A model generated the notes under the pieces. The model was not told the DNA's origin. It was given only the letters and a program-made list of their open reading frames with translations, and did no database searches. DNA of 64,000 nucleotides from a virus: positions 5,871 through 69,870 of IMG/VR virus record IMGVR_UViG_3300033571_007861; one strand, 5' to 3'. This document shows, in pieces, positions 46,540 to 56,906 of the stretch. The first letter of the stretch is position 1, and each line of letters opens with the position of its first letter. The translations under genes were made by a program, and so were the position numbers.

Positions 46540-49500
46540 ATGGGTTCAAAAGGCAGCGGCGGTGGATCGTCAAATTTTAGTTTTCAAAATACGTCAAGCA
46601 CTTATGCGCCCGCCCCGTCTGCTATGGCCGCTTATAATCAAGCCCTTGGCATGGCCGAAAACGTAGCGGCAATACCTTTCCAGCCTTATGGTGGACAGAT
46701 GGTTGCCGGCGCAACTCCTGATCAAATGCAGGCGTGGGAAGCAACGCGACAAATGCAGGGCGGCGTTCAGCCTTATATCAACGCGGCTACAAATCTTCAG
46801 GGACAAGCTGTAAATCTTGCTGATCCACGAAACTTTAATCAGCAGACATTACAGCAATACATGAATCCGTATCAGCAGGATGTTGTCAATGCAACAATGG
46901 CCAATCTAGGCCAGTTGCAAGAACAACAGCAAAATAAATTGTCATCGCAAGCAATCAAGCAGGGTGCTTTTGGCGGTGATAGAACTGGTATTGCTCGCGC
47001 GGCTCTTGCTGGTCAGCAGAATCTTGCCAATGCTCAGACTTTGGCACAGTTGCAACAGCAAGGCTATACCCAAGCAATGGGTCAATATAACCAGCAGCAG
47101 CAGATGGCTATTCAGACCGCTCAGAACGCTGCTTATGGTCTTGGCCAACTTGGCGGTCAAGCTCAAAATGCCGCTCTTACAGGTATTAATGCACTTCTTG
47201 GAACGGGCGCGCAACAACAAGGTCTTGCACAGCAGCAGCTTTCAAACGCCTACAATCAATGGCAACAGCAGCGCGCCTATCCTTACCAGCAGGCCGCGTT
47301 CTATTCTGGTATTGCTGGCGGCATTGCGCCGAACATGGGTGGAACGACCAGCACTACAGGGTTCGGAACAGGACAAACCCAAATCCAACAACCAACGGGC
47401 GGTGGCGGTGGCGCTGGGGCGCTTACATCACTTTTATCGTTCTTGCCTGCAATGTTTGGCGCTTCCGACGAAGACGACAAGACAGACATCAAATATCTTG
47501 GGCGCGATCCTGAAACCGGCGAGAAGATGTATTCTTATCGCTATAAGGGCGACCCTAAATCCTATCCCAAGGTTGTTGGACCTATGGCTCAGGATATTGA
47601 AGAGGATGAGCCTGAGCGCGTTACGGAGATTGGCGGTCACAAGGTTGTTGCTGGTCTTGGTCGTTTGAAGCCGAGTGAACGCGAAGAGTTTCAAGGCGGC
47701 GGTTCTGCGGGATCGTCTGCCGGTCTTGGCGCTCTTATGGGCGATTCTTCTTCCTCTCCGACGGCATCTTCATCTTATGCCGCACCGGCAGGCAACCTTG
47801 CTCAACAGTCACAGATTGATCCGGGCATGGGTCAGTTTTTGCAGGGTGTTTACGACCCAAGAACCGCCTATCAGGTTGCGCGATCAAAGTGGGTGAATCA
47901 ACCGCAGTCTTTTGATCAGCCACAATTTCAATCTGACTCGTTTCAATTTCCCAAACAGTTGATGCAGGATGGGAGTGACAGCTTCCCGTTTTTTGCGTCC
48001 GACAGCGAACCGAGACGGGAAGGCGGAAGAGTTGAAAAGGCGGAAGGCGGCGGTTTTGGATCGTTCTTTGACTTGCTGAAACATGGCGGCGCTATGGGTC
48101 CGTATGCAACGGCCCCTGACAATTACATGGGCGCAGCTCAACAGATTGGCTTGGGAAAGATCATTCCGCAGGCACAAGACAAGGCGAAAAGCATCACCGA
48201 GTCAGCGGCTGAAGGTATGCAACGTCATCTTGCCAGCGACAAGGGCGGTGGTGGAGGTGGCGGCGAGGGCGGTGCGCCCAAAATGCCTGAGTTCAAACCG
48301 CGTCGCCCGCAAAAGGCGGCTGCGCCAGCGGCGGAAGGCACAGGGCGTGAAGGCGGTCTTGGCGAGTTAGAAGCATCACCGGGCGCAGAGCCGCGTTCTG
48401 AGCCGCCAGTAACGGCGACCGATCCCGTTATGCCTGCGGCTCCTGAGGGCGTTGGTCCGGGTGCTTTGGAAGGTGCCGGCGCTGGAGCGCCTTTTGATTT
48501 TGCCGCCGTTGCTCCGCCAATACATGAAACGCATTTGTTGGACCCCGGATTTGGGTTTGGCATGGCCGAAGGCGGCAGGATTGAAAAGGCTGGCGGTGGC
48601 GCGAGCGGCGTTCCTGTTGGCGGCGGCAGGGCGGTGATTGGTTCTGGCGGCGGTCTTGGGGATATTGTTCTTGGGTCGTCTCCGTCATGGAGCGATCTTG
48701 CCGGTTTTGGCGAATTGTCGGCACAGAACGCCGCCATGTCTCCTGATGCTTTGACAAAAAACATTTGGTCCAAAGACCCCGGCGAACAGTTGACGCCTGA
48801 GCAGCAGGGGATGCCTGCTATGCCGGGCGAAGAATATTACAAGACGCCTCAAGAGCGATTGCCCGGAAAACTTCAAAGCCAGACGCAGGGCTCTCAAAAC
48901 CCCGGCCTTGATCCATTCATGGCGATGATGATGGGTGGCAAATCGGGCATGAACCTTGGTCTGGCGACCATGATTGGCAATCAGGTTCAGCAACAGCAGG
49001 CGAGCGAACAACAGAAAGCGCTGCAGGCCAAGCGTGAGAAGATGCTTGAACAGCCGCGTCCGGTTGAGGGGTATTTTTCCAAGATTGGAAATCAGAACAT
49101 TAACCCGCGCACGGGCCTGTATAATTTGGATTATACGGGCGCTTATTACGGAATGCCGTATAAGGATGGTGGTCGGGTAGACAAAGCAGATGGCGGTTCT
49201 TCTTATACAGGCAAAAAATATGGGTTGAATGATCTGTATGACATCATGAGAAAAGCTGGCGCTACTCCTAAAGAAGCCGCTCAAATGGCGGCTGTTGGAA
49301 TGGGGGAAAGTAGCGGTTGGTCTGCGGCGCGCAATTTGAATCGCAGGACTGGCGATAATTCTCATGGAATATGGCAGATCAACATGCTTGGCGGTTTAGG
49401 CCCTGAGCGCGCTAAAAAATATGGGTTGAAATCCATAAACGATCTGTATGACCCTGTAACCAATGCAAGAATTGCACTTGATCTTTTGAGGAACACAAAA

Positions 49501-50526
49501 GGCGGACTTCACAATTGGGGCGCTTACAACAAAAAGACCGCTCCTTATCGTCATGCTATGGCTCAAATATCGCAGTCGTTTCCTCAATTAGCGTCACGCC
49601 CGGTAGAGTTTTCTGACGTATCTTCTCCGCGCGCCGTCGCCTATCAGCCCGAGGCTCGCCCTCTCGCATATAAACCCGCCGAAGGAACGCCGATTGTTGC
49701 GTCTGACGCTAAAGGGTTTGCGCCGATTGCAGAACAACCGAAAGGCAGCGTCTTATCGCGCATAAATCCTGCCGATCCGTCTGGACCTTTGTTGGGGCAG
49801 GCTGCACCCGATTATGCAAAGATAAGCCCGCGCACAAATGTTGCGAGAATCCCTTCTCCTTCAAGCGGCTTTGGTCTCGTTGGTTCGGCGCAGGCGGCTG
49901 ATAGAGGCGTCTATCCAGAAAGACCGCTTGGGGAAGGCGAGGCGATTCGTCCAAGAGATATTCCGATCATTGGAAATAGAGGCGAGGGTCGCTATCACAC
50001 CATGAACCGTGATGCGTTTAACCCGCAGCTTCAACTTGCGCCCCATGTTCGTGAATCTGAGGAATTGACGCCCGCTTTTGGACAACCGACACGCCAGTCG
50101 TTGGGCGGTCCTCATATGAGTATGTATGGTGTTGGTCACATGGATGAGCCGACATACGCCGATTTCCCGATGCAGACGGGACCGTTAGGGACAGGTTTTG
50201 AAGAGCCACAAGAACAGATCGTTGCTCAGGACCAGCCTGCAACTCACACCGAAGCAGCGCCAAGACAGATGTATTGGGGAGATTATCGTGATGTTGAGAA
50301 CAATCCTTTAGGCGACTTCATTGATGAGTTGGCCGGGGATGTTCGTCGATCAGCACGCGCGGGAACAGCAGCTACTCCGATGGGCAAGTTTCAAGGACAG
50401 GGCGGATTGGGCGAATTGTTCAATCTGGAGGGATACTTGCCGGGTGGCGGTCAGGCGTCTCAAAGAGATAGACAAACCGCAGACGCAGGCTTTGATTTAG
50501 GTAGCCTTTTTGACGTTTTCGGTTAA
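46540..50526 (+). CDS. ejection/internal virion protein with an internal S74-like chaperone domain and a lysozyme-like domain
   Basis: Gln-rich YMNPY..GAFGG region; SDEDDKTDI..YSYRYK..GPMAQDIE; GESSG..DNSHGIWQINM. Confidence 0.75.
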   Translation: MGSKGSGGGSSNFSFQNTSSTYAPAPSAMAAYNQALGMAENVAAIPFQPYGGQMVAGATPDQMQAWEATRQMQGGVQPYINAATNLQGQAVNLADPRNFNQQTLQQYMNPYQQDVVNATMANLGQLQEQQQNKLSSQAIKQGAFGGDRTGIARAALAGQQNLANAQTLAQLQQQGYTQAMGQYNQQQQMAIQTAQNAAYGLGQLGGQAQNAALTGINALLGTGAQQQGLAQQQLSNAYNQWQQQRAYPYQQAAFYSGIAGGIAPNMGGTTSTTGFGTGQTQIQQPTGGGGGAGALTSLLSFLPAMFGASDEDDKTDIKYLGRDPETGEKMYSYRYKGDPKSYPKVVGPMAQDIEEDEPERVTEIGGHKVVAGLGRLKPSEREEFQGGGSAGSSAGLGALMGDSSSSPTASSSYAAPAGNLAQQSQIDPGMGQFLQGVYDPRTAYQVARSKWVNQPQSFDQPQFQSDSFQFPKQLMQDGSDSFPFFASDSEPRREGGRVEKAEGGGFGSFFDLLKHGGAMGPYATAPDNYMGAAQQIGLGKIIPQAQDKAKSITESAAEGMQRHLASDKGGGGGGGEGGAPKMPEFKPRRPQKAAAPAAEGTGREGGLGELEASPGAEPRSEPPVTATDPVMPAAPEGVGPGALEGAGAGAPFDFAAVAPPIHETHLLDPGFGFGMAEGGRIEKAGGGASGVPVGGGRAVIGSGGGLGDIVLGSSPSWSDLAGFGELSAQNAAMSPDALTKNIWSKDPGEQLTPEQQGMPAMPGEEYYKTPQERLPGKLQSQTQGSQNPGLDPFMAMMMGGKSGMNLGLATMIGNQVQQQQASEQQKALQAKREKMLEQPRPVEGYFSKIGNQNINPRTGLYNLDYTGAYYGMPYKDGGRVDKADGGSSYTGKKYGLNDLYDIMRKAGATPKEAAQMAAVGMGESSGWSAARNLNRRTGDNSHGIWQINMLGGLGPERAKKYGLKSINDLYDPVTNARIALDLLRNTKGGLHNWGAYNKKTAPYRHAMAQISQSFPQLASRPVEFSDVSSPRAVAYQPEARPLAYKPAEGTPIVASDAKGFAPIAEQPKGSVLSRINPADPSGPLLGQAAPDYAKISPRTNVARIPSPSSGFGLVGSAQAADRGVYPERPLGEGEAIRPRDIPIIGNRGEGRYHTMNRDAFNPQLQLAPHVRESEELTPAFGQPTRQSLGGPHMSMYGVGHMDEPTYADFPMQTGPLGTGFEEPQEQIVAQDQPATHTEAAPRQMYWGDYRDVENNPLGDFIDELAGDVRRSARAGTAATPMGKFQGQGGLGELFNLEGYLPGGGQASQRDRQTADAGFDLGSLFDVFG

Positions 50527-50547
50527 AATAAAAGATAGTTTGGAGAT

Positions 50548-53481
50548 ATGACGATGGCTGAATCCGGTTTCTTTGATGCTCTTGCTGATGAGGCTTCGCA
50601 AGAAGATTTTCTTCGTAGAGAACTTGCCGGTTCTGCGCCACAGTATGATCCTGAAGGCGGACTGAATACGGCCAAGAACATCGGTCGTATGGCAGCTGAA
50701 ATGACGATTCCCGGAGCGGCGGCGTCTGCTGCTGGATACATGGGCGAGCCATCCATGTTTCAAAACATCGGCTCCGGCGACTACGGGACGGCGGCTTTGC
50801 AGGCTGCAGGTCTTATTCCGGGTATTGGCTGGATGGGTAAAGCCGGTCGCCTTGGCAAGAGCGCTCGTCGTGCGTCGGAAGTTATTCCGCCTTCCGCTGC
50901 TCGTGAAGTTGGCGCTACGCCGCGTGGGTGGGACATTGCAGGCCCAAGAGAAGCCGGCAGGACGATTGAAGGCAATGTTGCCGTTGAGCCATACTTGATT
51001 GGCGGGGAAGGTGCGCCAGCGCCAAGACGCGCAGTCAATTACACAAGCGAAGTCCCTCTTCCGAGATACACGGATTATGGACCTAAAATTTCAACGGAAT
51101 TGAACCCGCAAATTGCTGATTTGCTCCGTAGCATCAGAGCGGAAGGACGCGCTCCAAACCGCTTTGAAAGCAATATGTTGAGTTCGTATTTTCGTGGTCA
51201 ACAAGGTTCGGCTGCGGCTGAGGCAATGGCAAATATGCCTGTCTCGGTTATTCCTCGCGGTGTTCAAAGGGCGCTAAACAATATTCGAGCTGAAGGCAGA
51301 GAACCGACTAAGCTTGAACTTCTCAATATGAAAAAGCACTTTGCTGGACGCACCGGGCTCAAAAGCCGGGCTGCTCTGGATCGTGTTTCCATGGGGGAAG
51401 AACTTGCGGGGCCTTATCCAGAGTTTCGCGGCGCAATTAGAGAAGAAATGGCTGCGGCTCCAGAAGAACTTGCGGCAAGCGAAGGCACAAGGGAATCTTT
51501 GATTAATCGCGCCCTTAACATCGCTTCTCGCGTTGGCCCTAGAGTGGCCGAAGGAATGGCCGTTGGAGCGCCCGCTGGTATGGCGACGGGGCTTGCCTAT
51601 AACGCGATGATGGACCGTGGCGAAATGCCGGTTGTTCCGATTGCAAATCGCGAAGAGAGTCCTGTTATTGCTCCAATGCAATTGAGAGAATTTCCAATGT
51701 CAACAGCTATGGGCACAGATTTTGAGTCTGTCCCAAGCGTTGCTTCTGACATGCCTCAAGAAGCCGCATTGCCGCCGCGTCGTCCGATGGGTATTTCAAG
51801 GTCTGGAGAAGCGCCTGTTCGTCGCCCGTCTGCGCCGCGTCATGCAGCGCCAATTCATCGTTCGGCACCGAGACACGCCGGCCCATCGCGCATGGTTGAT
51901 TCTGGAAAGCGCTACTATGGCGATTGGCGAGACGCTGAGCCTTATGCGTCCGATCCGATTGGCGGGTTCATTGATGAACTGACGGGAAGAACAAGAACCG
52001 CTCGTCGTCCGGGGAGAGCCGCGCCTTCGTCCGCCGGGCTTGGCGATTTACTGCCGTTTGCCAGTGGGGGAACCGTCCGCCGCCCTTTCGCTAATGGGGG
52101 TGCGGAAGACCGTATCCCTGTTTTAAGCGACATTGGCGACGCTCTTGGTGGAATGATGCAGGGCGGCGAAGAACCCGTTGTGGCTAGTGATCGTAGCGCT
52201 GCTCCAGAAGGTAGAGAGAACATTTTTGAGCGCTGGTCAAACAACCCGCTCAGCCAATATCTGTTTGCCGCTGGCTTGGGGATGATGGCTTCTCCGCAGG
52301 CTAATCCGCTCATGGCGGTTGGCGAGGGCGGATTGCGTGGCCTTGAATATATGCAGGCGGTTCAGGCTAATTCTGATATGCGTCGCAGGGAAAAACAGGC
52401 AGCGGCGGAACGTCGTCAGCAGCTTGAATTTTTGAAAAATCTTGACCAACCTCAAGATGCTGTTGCATCTGATGTTGCGCCGTCAAAATCTTCTTTAGAA
52501 GAACCTGAAACTGTAATTCCGGAAACTCAAACTTCTCAGGATGTTAAACCAGAGACAATAAAAACCACTCAATCGGAACAGAAAACGGCAATAAATGCAC
52601 CACCTGTTGTCGCTCAAGACAACAGGTTAGAGCAGCTTTCAAATCTTAATCAAAAGATTTTGAGAAGTATGCCTTATGTTACCGATCCATCGGTAAGGTC
52701 TGGTCTTGTCGCCAGACAAAAATCTTTAGAAGCTGAAATGAACAGGATTCAGCGTCAAAGAGAAAAAGCCGTTGAAGACGCGCGCATTCAACGTGGCCTT
52801 CAGCTTCAAGAAAAAAGAATTAAAATTGAAGAAGAAGCAAAAGACCCGACCAAGGTTTTTGAGAGAACGGCAGAAGAAACAGCAGGAAAAACTCAAGATA
52901 AGAGAATACAAGACATTGATCAATCTGCCGTGGTTGCAGATCAAACACTTGATCAAATAAAAGAAGTCCAAAATGCTTATAAAGCTGGAGACATTCATAC
53001 GTCTCCTTATGTTCAGACGTTTCTAAAGGGTGTTCAAGGGCTCGGTCTTGAATTTGCCCCTAGCCTGACAAATGCAATAGTTTCTCCTTCTGCTATTAAG
53101 AATACAGAAATCTTAATGCAGTTGGGAGTGTCCGATCTTATGAAAAAGATTGGCGGCTCTCTTGGAACAGGTATTTCGGAAGGCGACCGCAGGCTTATTG
53201 AACAACAAGCTCTTGGAATTGATAAGTCCCCGGAGGCAAATATTAAGGCTCTGAAAAATCTTGAAAAGGTTATGAATAGGGCGATTGAAGTTAAAAACTT
53301 CAAAGACAAATACATTAAAAAATATGGTCGCCTTGATAAAGATTTTGAGGCATCGTTAAGCCAGCATTTTGAAGGAAGGTCTTTGGGGTTAGATAAAACA
53401 TCAAAAACCCAACGGCCAGAAGGTTTAAGCGATGAAGATATTAGAAAAGAAATAGAACGCAGGAGAGGCGCAGGTGGTTGA
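50548..53481 (+). CDS. internal virion protein
   Basis: third copy of the SQE.FL..L.GSAPQYDPE leader; AGLGMMAS; ISEGDR; position. Confidence 0.7.
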   Translation: MTMAESGFFDALADEASQEDFLRRELAGSAPQYDPEGGLNTAKNIGRMAAEMTIPGAAASAAGYMGEPSMFQNIGSGDYGTAALQAAGLIPGIGWMGKAGRLGKSARRASEVIPPSAAREVGATPRGWDIAGPREAGRTIEGNVAVEPYLIGGEGAPAPRRAVNYTSEVPLPRYTDYGPKISTELNPQIADLLRSIRAEGRAPNRFESNMLSSYFRGQQGSAAAEAMANMPVSVIPRGVQRALNNIRAEGREPTKLELLNMKKHFAGRTGLKSRAALDRVSMGEELAGPYPEFRGAIREEMAAAPEELAASEGTRESLINRALNIASRVGPRVAEGMAVGAPAGMATGLAYNAMMDRGEMPVVPIANREESPVIAPMQLREFPMSTAMGTDFESVPSVASDMPQEAALPPRRPMGISRSGEAPVRRPSAPRHAAPIHRSAPRHAGPSRMVDSGKRYYGDWRDAEPYASDPIGGFIDELTGRTRTARRPGRAAPSSAGLGDLLPFASGGTVRRPFANGGAEDRIPVLSDIGDALGGMMQGGEEPVVASDRSAAPEGRENIFERWSNNPLSQYLFAAGLGMMASPQANPLMAVGEGGLRGLEYMQAVQANSDMRRREKQAAAERRQQLEFLKNLDQPQDAVASDVAPSKSSLEEPETVIPETQTSQDVKPETIKTTQSEQKTAINAPPVVAQDNRLEQLSNLNQKILRSMPYVTDPSVRSGLVARQKSLEAEMNRIQRQREKAVEDARIQRGLQLQEKRIKIEEEAKDPTKVFERTAEETAGKTQDKRIQDIDQSAVVADQTLDQIKEVQNAYKAGDIHTSPYVQTFLKGVQGLGLEFAPSLTNAIVSPSAIKNTEILMQLGVSDLMKKIGGSLGTGISEGDRRLIEQQALGIDKSPEANIKALKNLEKVMNRAIEVKNFKDKYIKKYGRLDKDFEASLSQHFEGRSLGLDKTSKTQRPEGLSDEDIRKEIERRRGAGG

Positions 53482-55294
53482 TTTAAGCCAATACTCAGTT
53501 GAAGAGCTTGAATCCATGCTTGGTCAGCCATCTCCGGCTGCGCCAAGCACTCAGCCGCCTCAACCTACCAAATCGTCACCTGATCTAAGTCAGTATTCTG
53601 CTGAACAATTGCAGTCCATGTTGGGGCAACAACCCGCAACAAGTCCTAGTTCTGAAACTGATATTGCAGGAAGTGTTGCAGCCGCTCTTCGCGGCACTCG
53701 CGAGTCTTTGCCTTTTGGTCAAGATATTGGTGCTGCGGCAACATATTTAGCCGGCGGCAATCCATTGACTGGGTCTGAGGCACCGGAAAGTTTTGAGGAA
53801 GCCAAACGTCAACAAGTCGCGCAAGATGTTGAACTTTATAAACAGCATCCGTTGTCTTATGGAACTGGTTTTGCTGGCGGCATAGGCGCTCAAATGGCGG
53901 CGGGACTTCCGGCTCCAATTATGGGTGTAGAACAAAAGATTGCTACAAAAGCCGCTCCTTATGTTGGAAAGACCGCTGGAAATCTTCTTGGAGTTGCTGT
54001 TCCGGGCGCTGTTACTGGCGCTGTTTATGGCGCGGGAGAAGGTGTTACGCCAGAAGAAAGAATGCACTCCGCAATGACCGGCGCTGGGTTGGGCGCTGGA
54101 TTGGGACTTGCGGCGGAAGGAGCGGTCAAGGGTCTTCAAAAGATTGGGGCTATTGGTCAACCACCGAAGACGGCATCTATAACACAAACAAAAGAAAATC
54201 TTTTTGATCAAGCAAAGCAGGCTTATGACCTAACTAAAAAAATGGGGTTGTCTCTTAAAAAAGAAGCCGTTGAAGATTTTAACAGAAGCATAAATCAAAA
54301 GCTTGCAAATGAAAAATTCAGAAGAACAAGAAATACAGAATTAAATTCTGCTCTTGGCGAACTTGATAAATTAGCAAAAGGTCTAACAAAAGGAAACAAG
54401 CCTGTTTACTTGGAAGACTTAGACTTGGTTAATCAATTTGCTCGTGACGCTGTTATGAGTAAAGACCCTCAAACGCGGCGTCTTGGCGGTATTTTCAGAG
54501 AAGGATTAGACAATTTTCTTGAAAACATATCGCCAATGCACATAAACGCTGGCGACCCAAAGCTTGCAATGGCATCTCTTAAAGATGCTCGCAAATATTG
54601 GAAAATGGCTAGAAAAACAGAGACATTAGAGGATTTAATTAACGAGGCTCATCTCGAAGCTGCAGCTCCAAATAGCACGAGAAGCGCCGCTGATAAAATT
54701 AGAACAAAACTAACATCTTTAATTAAATCAAGAAAGCCGGGAGAGTGGACAGATGATGAAGTAAAAGCAATGACAGACATTATAAATCTTCATCCGTTCG
54801 TGAAAAGAGTTGGTGAATTTGATCCTCTTAAATCAAGAACAGGTGCTGTTGCTGCCGGAGCACTTGCTTTACACAATCTCCCGTTAGCGGGTGCTTTGAC
54901 TGGCGCTACTCATGGAGCACGAACTCTTATTGAGCGTCAAACGGCTCAAAAGATTGAAAACCTGAAAGACCTGATTGCGTCAGAAGGAAAGTTTTACAAT
55001 CTGAAAAAGCCGGCAATCCCGTCTGTTCGCAAAAAAGGAACAGTTGCGAGGCAATCTCTTGTTCCTTTTGGATCAGTCACCTTTGAACCACAAGGATCGT
55101 TAGTGTCGGACAATAGAGAAAAGCGCGCCTCCGGCGGAAAAATCAGCAACCGTGATTACCCGGCCAAGAGGCTTTCTCGCGTGGAGAGGGCTCTTAAACG
55201 AGCGCAAGACGCCCTTGCTCTTGAGACCAAGCCCATCATGAATGTTCCAGACGAAGCCGTGGCGCAAGCGCTACATTTAGCGAAGGATAAGTAA
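53474..55294 (+). CDS. internal virion protein
   Basis: DLSQYS.E.L.SMLGQ twice; Gly/Ala-rich hydrophobic segments; KRASGG near the C-terminus. Confidence 0.7.
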   Translation: MVDLSQYSVEELESMLGQPSPAAPSTQPPQPTKSSPDLSQYSAEQLQSMLGQQPATSPSSETDIAGSVAAALRGTRESLPFGQDIGAAATYLAGGNPLTGSEAPESFEEAKRQQVAQDVELYKQHPLSYGTGFAGGIGAQMAAGLPAPIMGVEQKIATKAAPYVGKTAGNLLGVAVPGAVTGAVYGAGEGVTPEERMHSAMTGAGLGAGLGLAAEGAVKGLQKIGAIGQPPKTASITQTKENLFDQAKQAYDLTKKMGLSLKKEAVEDFNRSINQKLANEKFRRTRNTELNSALGELDKLAKGLTKGNKPVYLEDLDLVNQFARDAVMSKDPQTRRLGGIFREGLDNFLENISPMHINAGDPKLAMASLKDARKYWKMARKTETLEDLINEAHLEAAAPNSTRSAADKIRTKLTSLIKSRKPGEWTDDEVKAMTDIINLHPFVKRVGEFDPLKSRTGAVAAGALALHNLPLAGALTGATHGARTLIERQTAQKIENLKDLIASEGKFYNLKKPAIPSVRKKGTVARQSLVPFGSVTFEPQGSLVSDNREKRASGGKISNRDYPAKRLSRVERALKRAQDALALETKPIMNVPDEAVAQALHLAKDK

Positions 55295-55295
55295 C

Positions 55296-56246
55296 GTGCC
55301 CGACGTATATGTTTCTGGCAAAACCGGCCTTATTGAGCCTGCGAACGGCGGTTATTCCAATGTCTGGGATGTTCCTCTGGCAGCGAACTGGATCACGCTT
55401 GACGCCGCCGTTTCTGGAACGACGACTGTTAGTCTTTCCAGCAGTAACGTCATCCTTGTTCGACCAACCTATCCGACAAGCCCCAATCCGGCTGGCGTGA
55501 CAAACTGTATTCAAAATCTTCGTCTTTTGCTTACAGGCGCTTTATCAGCAAATGTCTCTGTAAGCATTCCGTCCGGTGTCCCCGGAATGTGGATTGTAGA
55601 CAATCAGACGACTGGTTCTGCTTTTACTGTTACAGTCAACACGACTGCAGGCGGTTCAACGGGTGTCACACCGCCGCGCGGATATTTGTCCTATATCTTT
55701 AGTGACGGAACAAACGTTCGTTATGCTGATAGCGGTCCTATTCAGGAAGCAATTACAGCCATTCAAACAATACCGCCCGGCGCAATGATGCAATTTGCCG
55801 GTCTTGTTGCCCCTTCGGGTTGGCTTTTGTGCGATGGGACGGCGGTTTCTCGGACGACTTACGCCGCGCTTTTTACTGCTATAGGAACGCTTTGGGGCGC
55901 TGGAAACGGAACCACAACCTTTAACATTCCAAACTTTGTGGATGTTTTCCCTAGAGGCGCTGGATCATCTCCAGTTGGAACTTACGAAGCTGATGCTTTT
56001 GGGTCTCATACCCATGTCGCCGCTGTTACCGATCCGGGGCACAACCATACGACTGCGTTGCTTGCCAGCGCCAACTCAATCGGCAATGGCGTAAGCGTGA
56101 CGGGTGTTACGGGTAGCGCCTATGGAACAACAAACGGCGCTCTTACAACAACAAATACGACTGGAATTTCAGTCACCAACGCAGCATCCGGGGGCACCGA
56201 AACACGCCCCAAGAACCGTCGTGTTTTGTTCATTGTGAAGACTTAA
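55296..56246 (+). CDS. tail protein with a phage tail collar domain
   Basis: PSGWLLCDGTAVSRTTYAALFTAIGT..GNGTTTFNIPN..ETRPKN. Confidence 0.85.
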   Translation: MPDVYVSGKTGLIEPANGGYSNVWDVPLAANWITLDAAVSGTTTVSLSSSNVILVRPTYPTSPNPAGVTNCIQNLRLLLTGALSANVSVSIPSGVPGMWIVDNQTTGSAFTVTVNTTAGGSTGVTPPRGYLSYIFSDGTNVRYADSGPIQEAITAIQTIPPGAMMQFAGLVAPSGWLLCDGTAVSRTTYAALFTAIGTLWGAGNGTTTFNIPNFVDVFPRGAGSSPVGTYEADAFGSHTHVAAVTDPGHNHTTALLASANSIGNGVSVTGVTGSAYGTTNGALTTTNTTGISVTNAASGGTETRPKNRRVLFIVKT

Positions 56247-56378
56247 GACAATGCTTCATCCAGACCACTATGATCTTCTCATGAAAATCTGCAAAGGCGT
56301 CGCCATTGTGTGGTTTTTAATTCTGTCCTACAAACTTGGACATGGCGTCTACAGCAATATACGCATGGAGCTTTATTA

Positions 56379-56819
56379 ATGACCCCTAGAAAATCAACCA
56401 AATACCTTGTCGTCCATTGTTCAGCCACACGTCCTTCACAAGACATTGGCGTGAAGGAAATTCGTAGTTGGCATAAAAATCAGAATTGGGCCGACTGCGG
56501 CTATCACTATGTCATCCGCAGAGACGGCAAGGTGGAAAAGGGTCGCGCTGAAAATCTCGTCGGCTCTCATGTCGCCGGTCGTAATGCCAACAGTATTGGC
56601 ATCTGCATGGTTGGCGGTGTGAACCAGAAAGATTTTCAGAAGGCTGAAAACAATTTTACCAAGGAACAGTTTGCCAGCCTCAAGACGCTTCTGCAGGGGC
56701 TCGTCAAGAAGTATCCGGGGACGGTGGTTCTTGGTCACAGGGACTTTCCCAATGTTGCAAAAGCCTGTCCGTCGTTTGACGCTCGCGCGTGGGCGAAGAA
56801 AGAAGGTCTGCCAACGTGA
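56379..56819 (+). CDS. endolysin, N-acetylmuramoyl-L-alanine amidase (T7 lysozyme-like)
   Basis: VVHCSAT..GYHYVIRRDG..GSH..SIGICMVGG..GHRD..KACPSF; GGAG RBS before ATG 56379. Confidence 0.92.
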   Translation: MTPRKSTKYLVVHCSATRPSQDIGVKEIRSWHKNQNWADCGYHYVIRRDGKVEKGRAENLVGSHVAGRNANSIGICMVGGVNQKDFQKAENNFTKEQFASLKTLLQGLVKKYPGTVVLGHRDFPNVAKACPSFDARAWAKKEGLPT

Positions 56820-56906
56820 GGAAAGAGACGACAATATTCCTGATTTGGGCTATTGTTATGTCTGTGCTTATCGCGTTGATATTCAGTCTTGGAACAAGGT
56901 GACGCC

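Noticed and set aside
50270-50283. Internal YWGD as a fifth YWGA tag
   Set aside because: It is internal, ends in Asp, and its paralogous copy reads YYGD.
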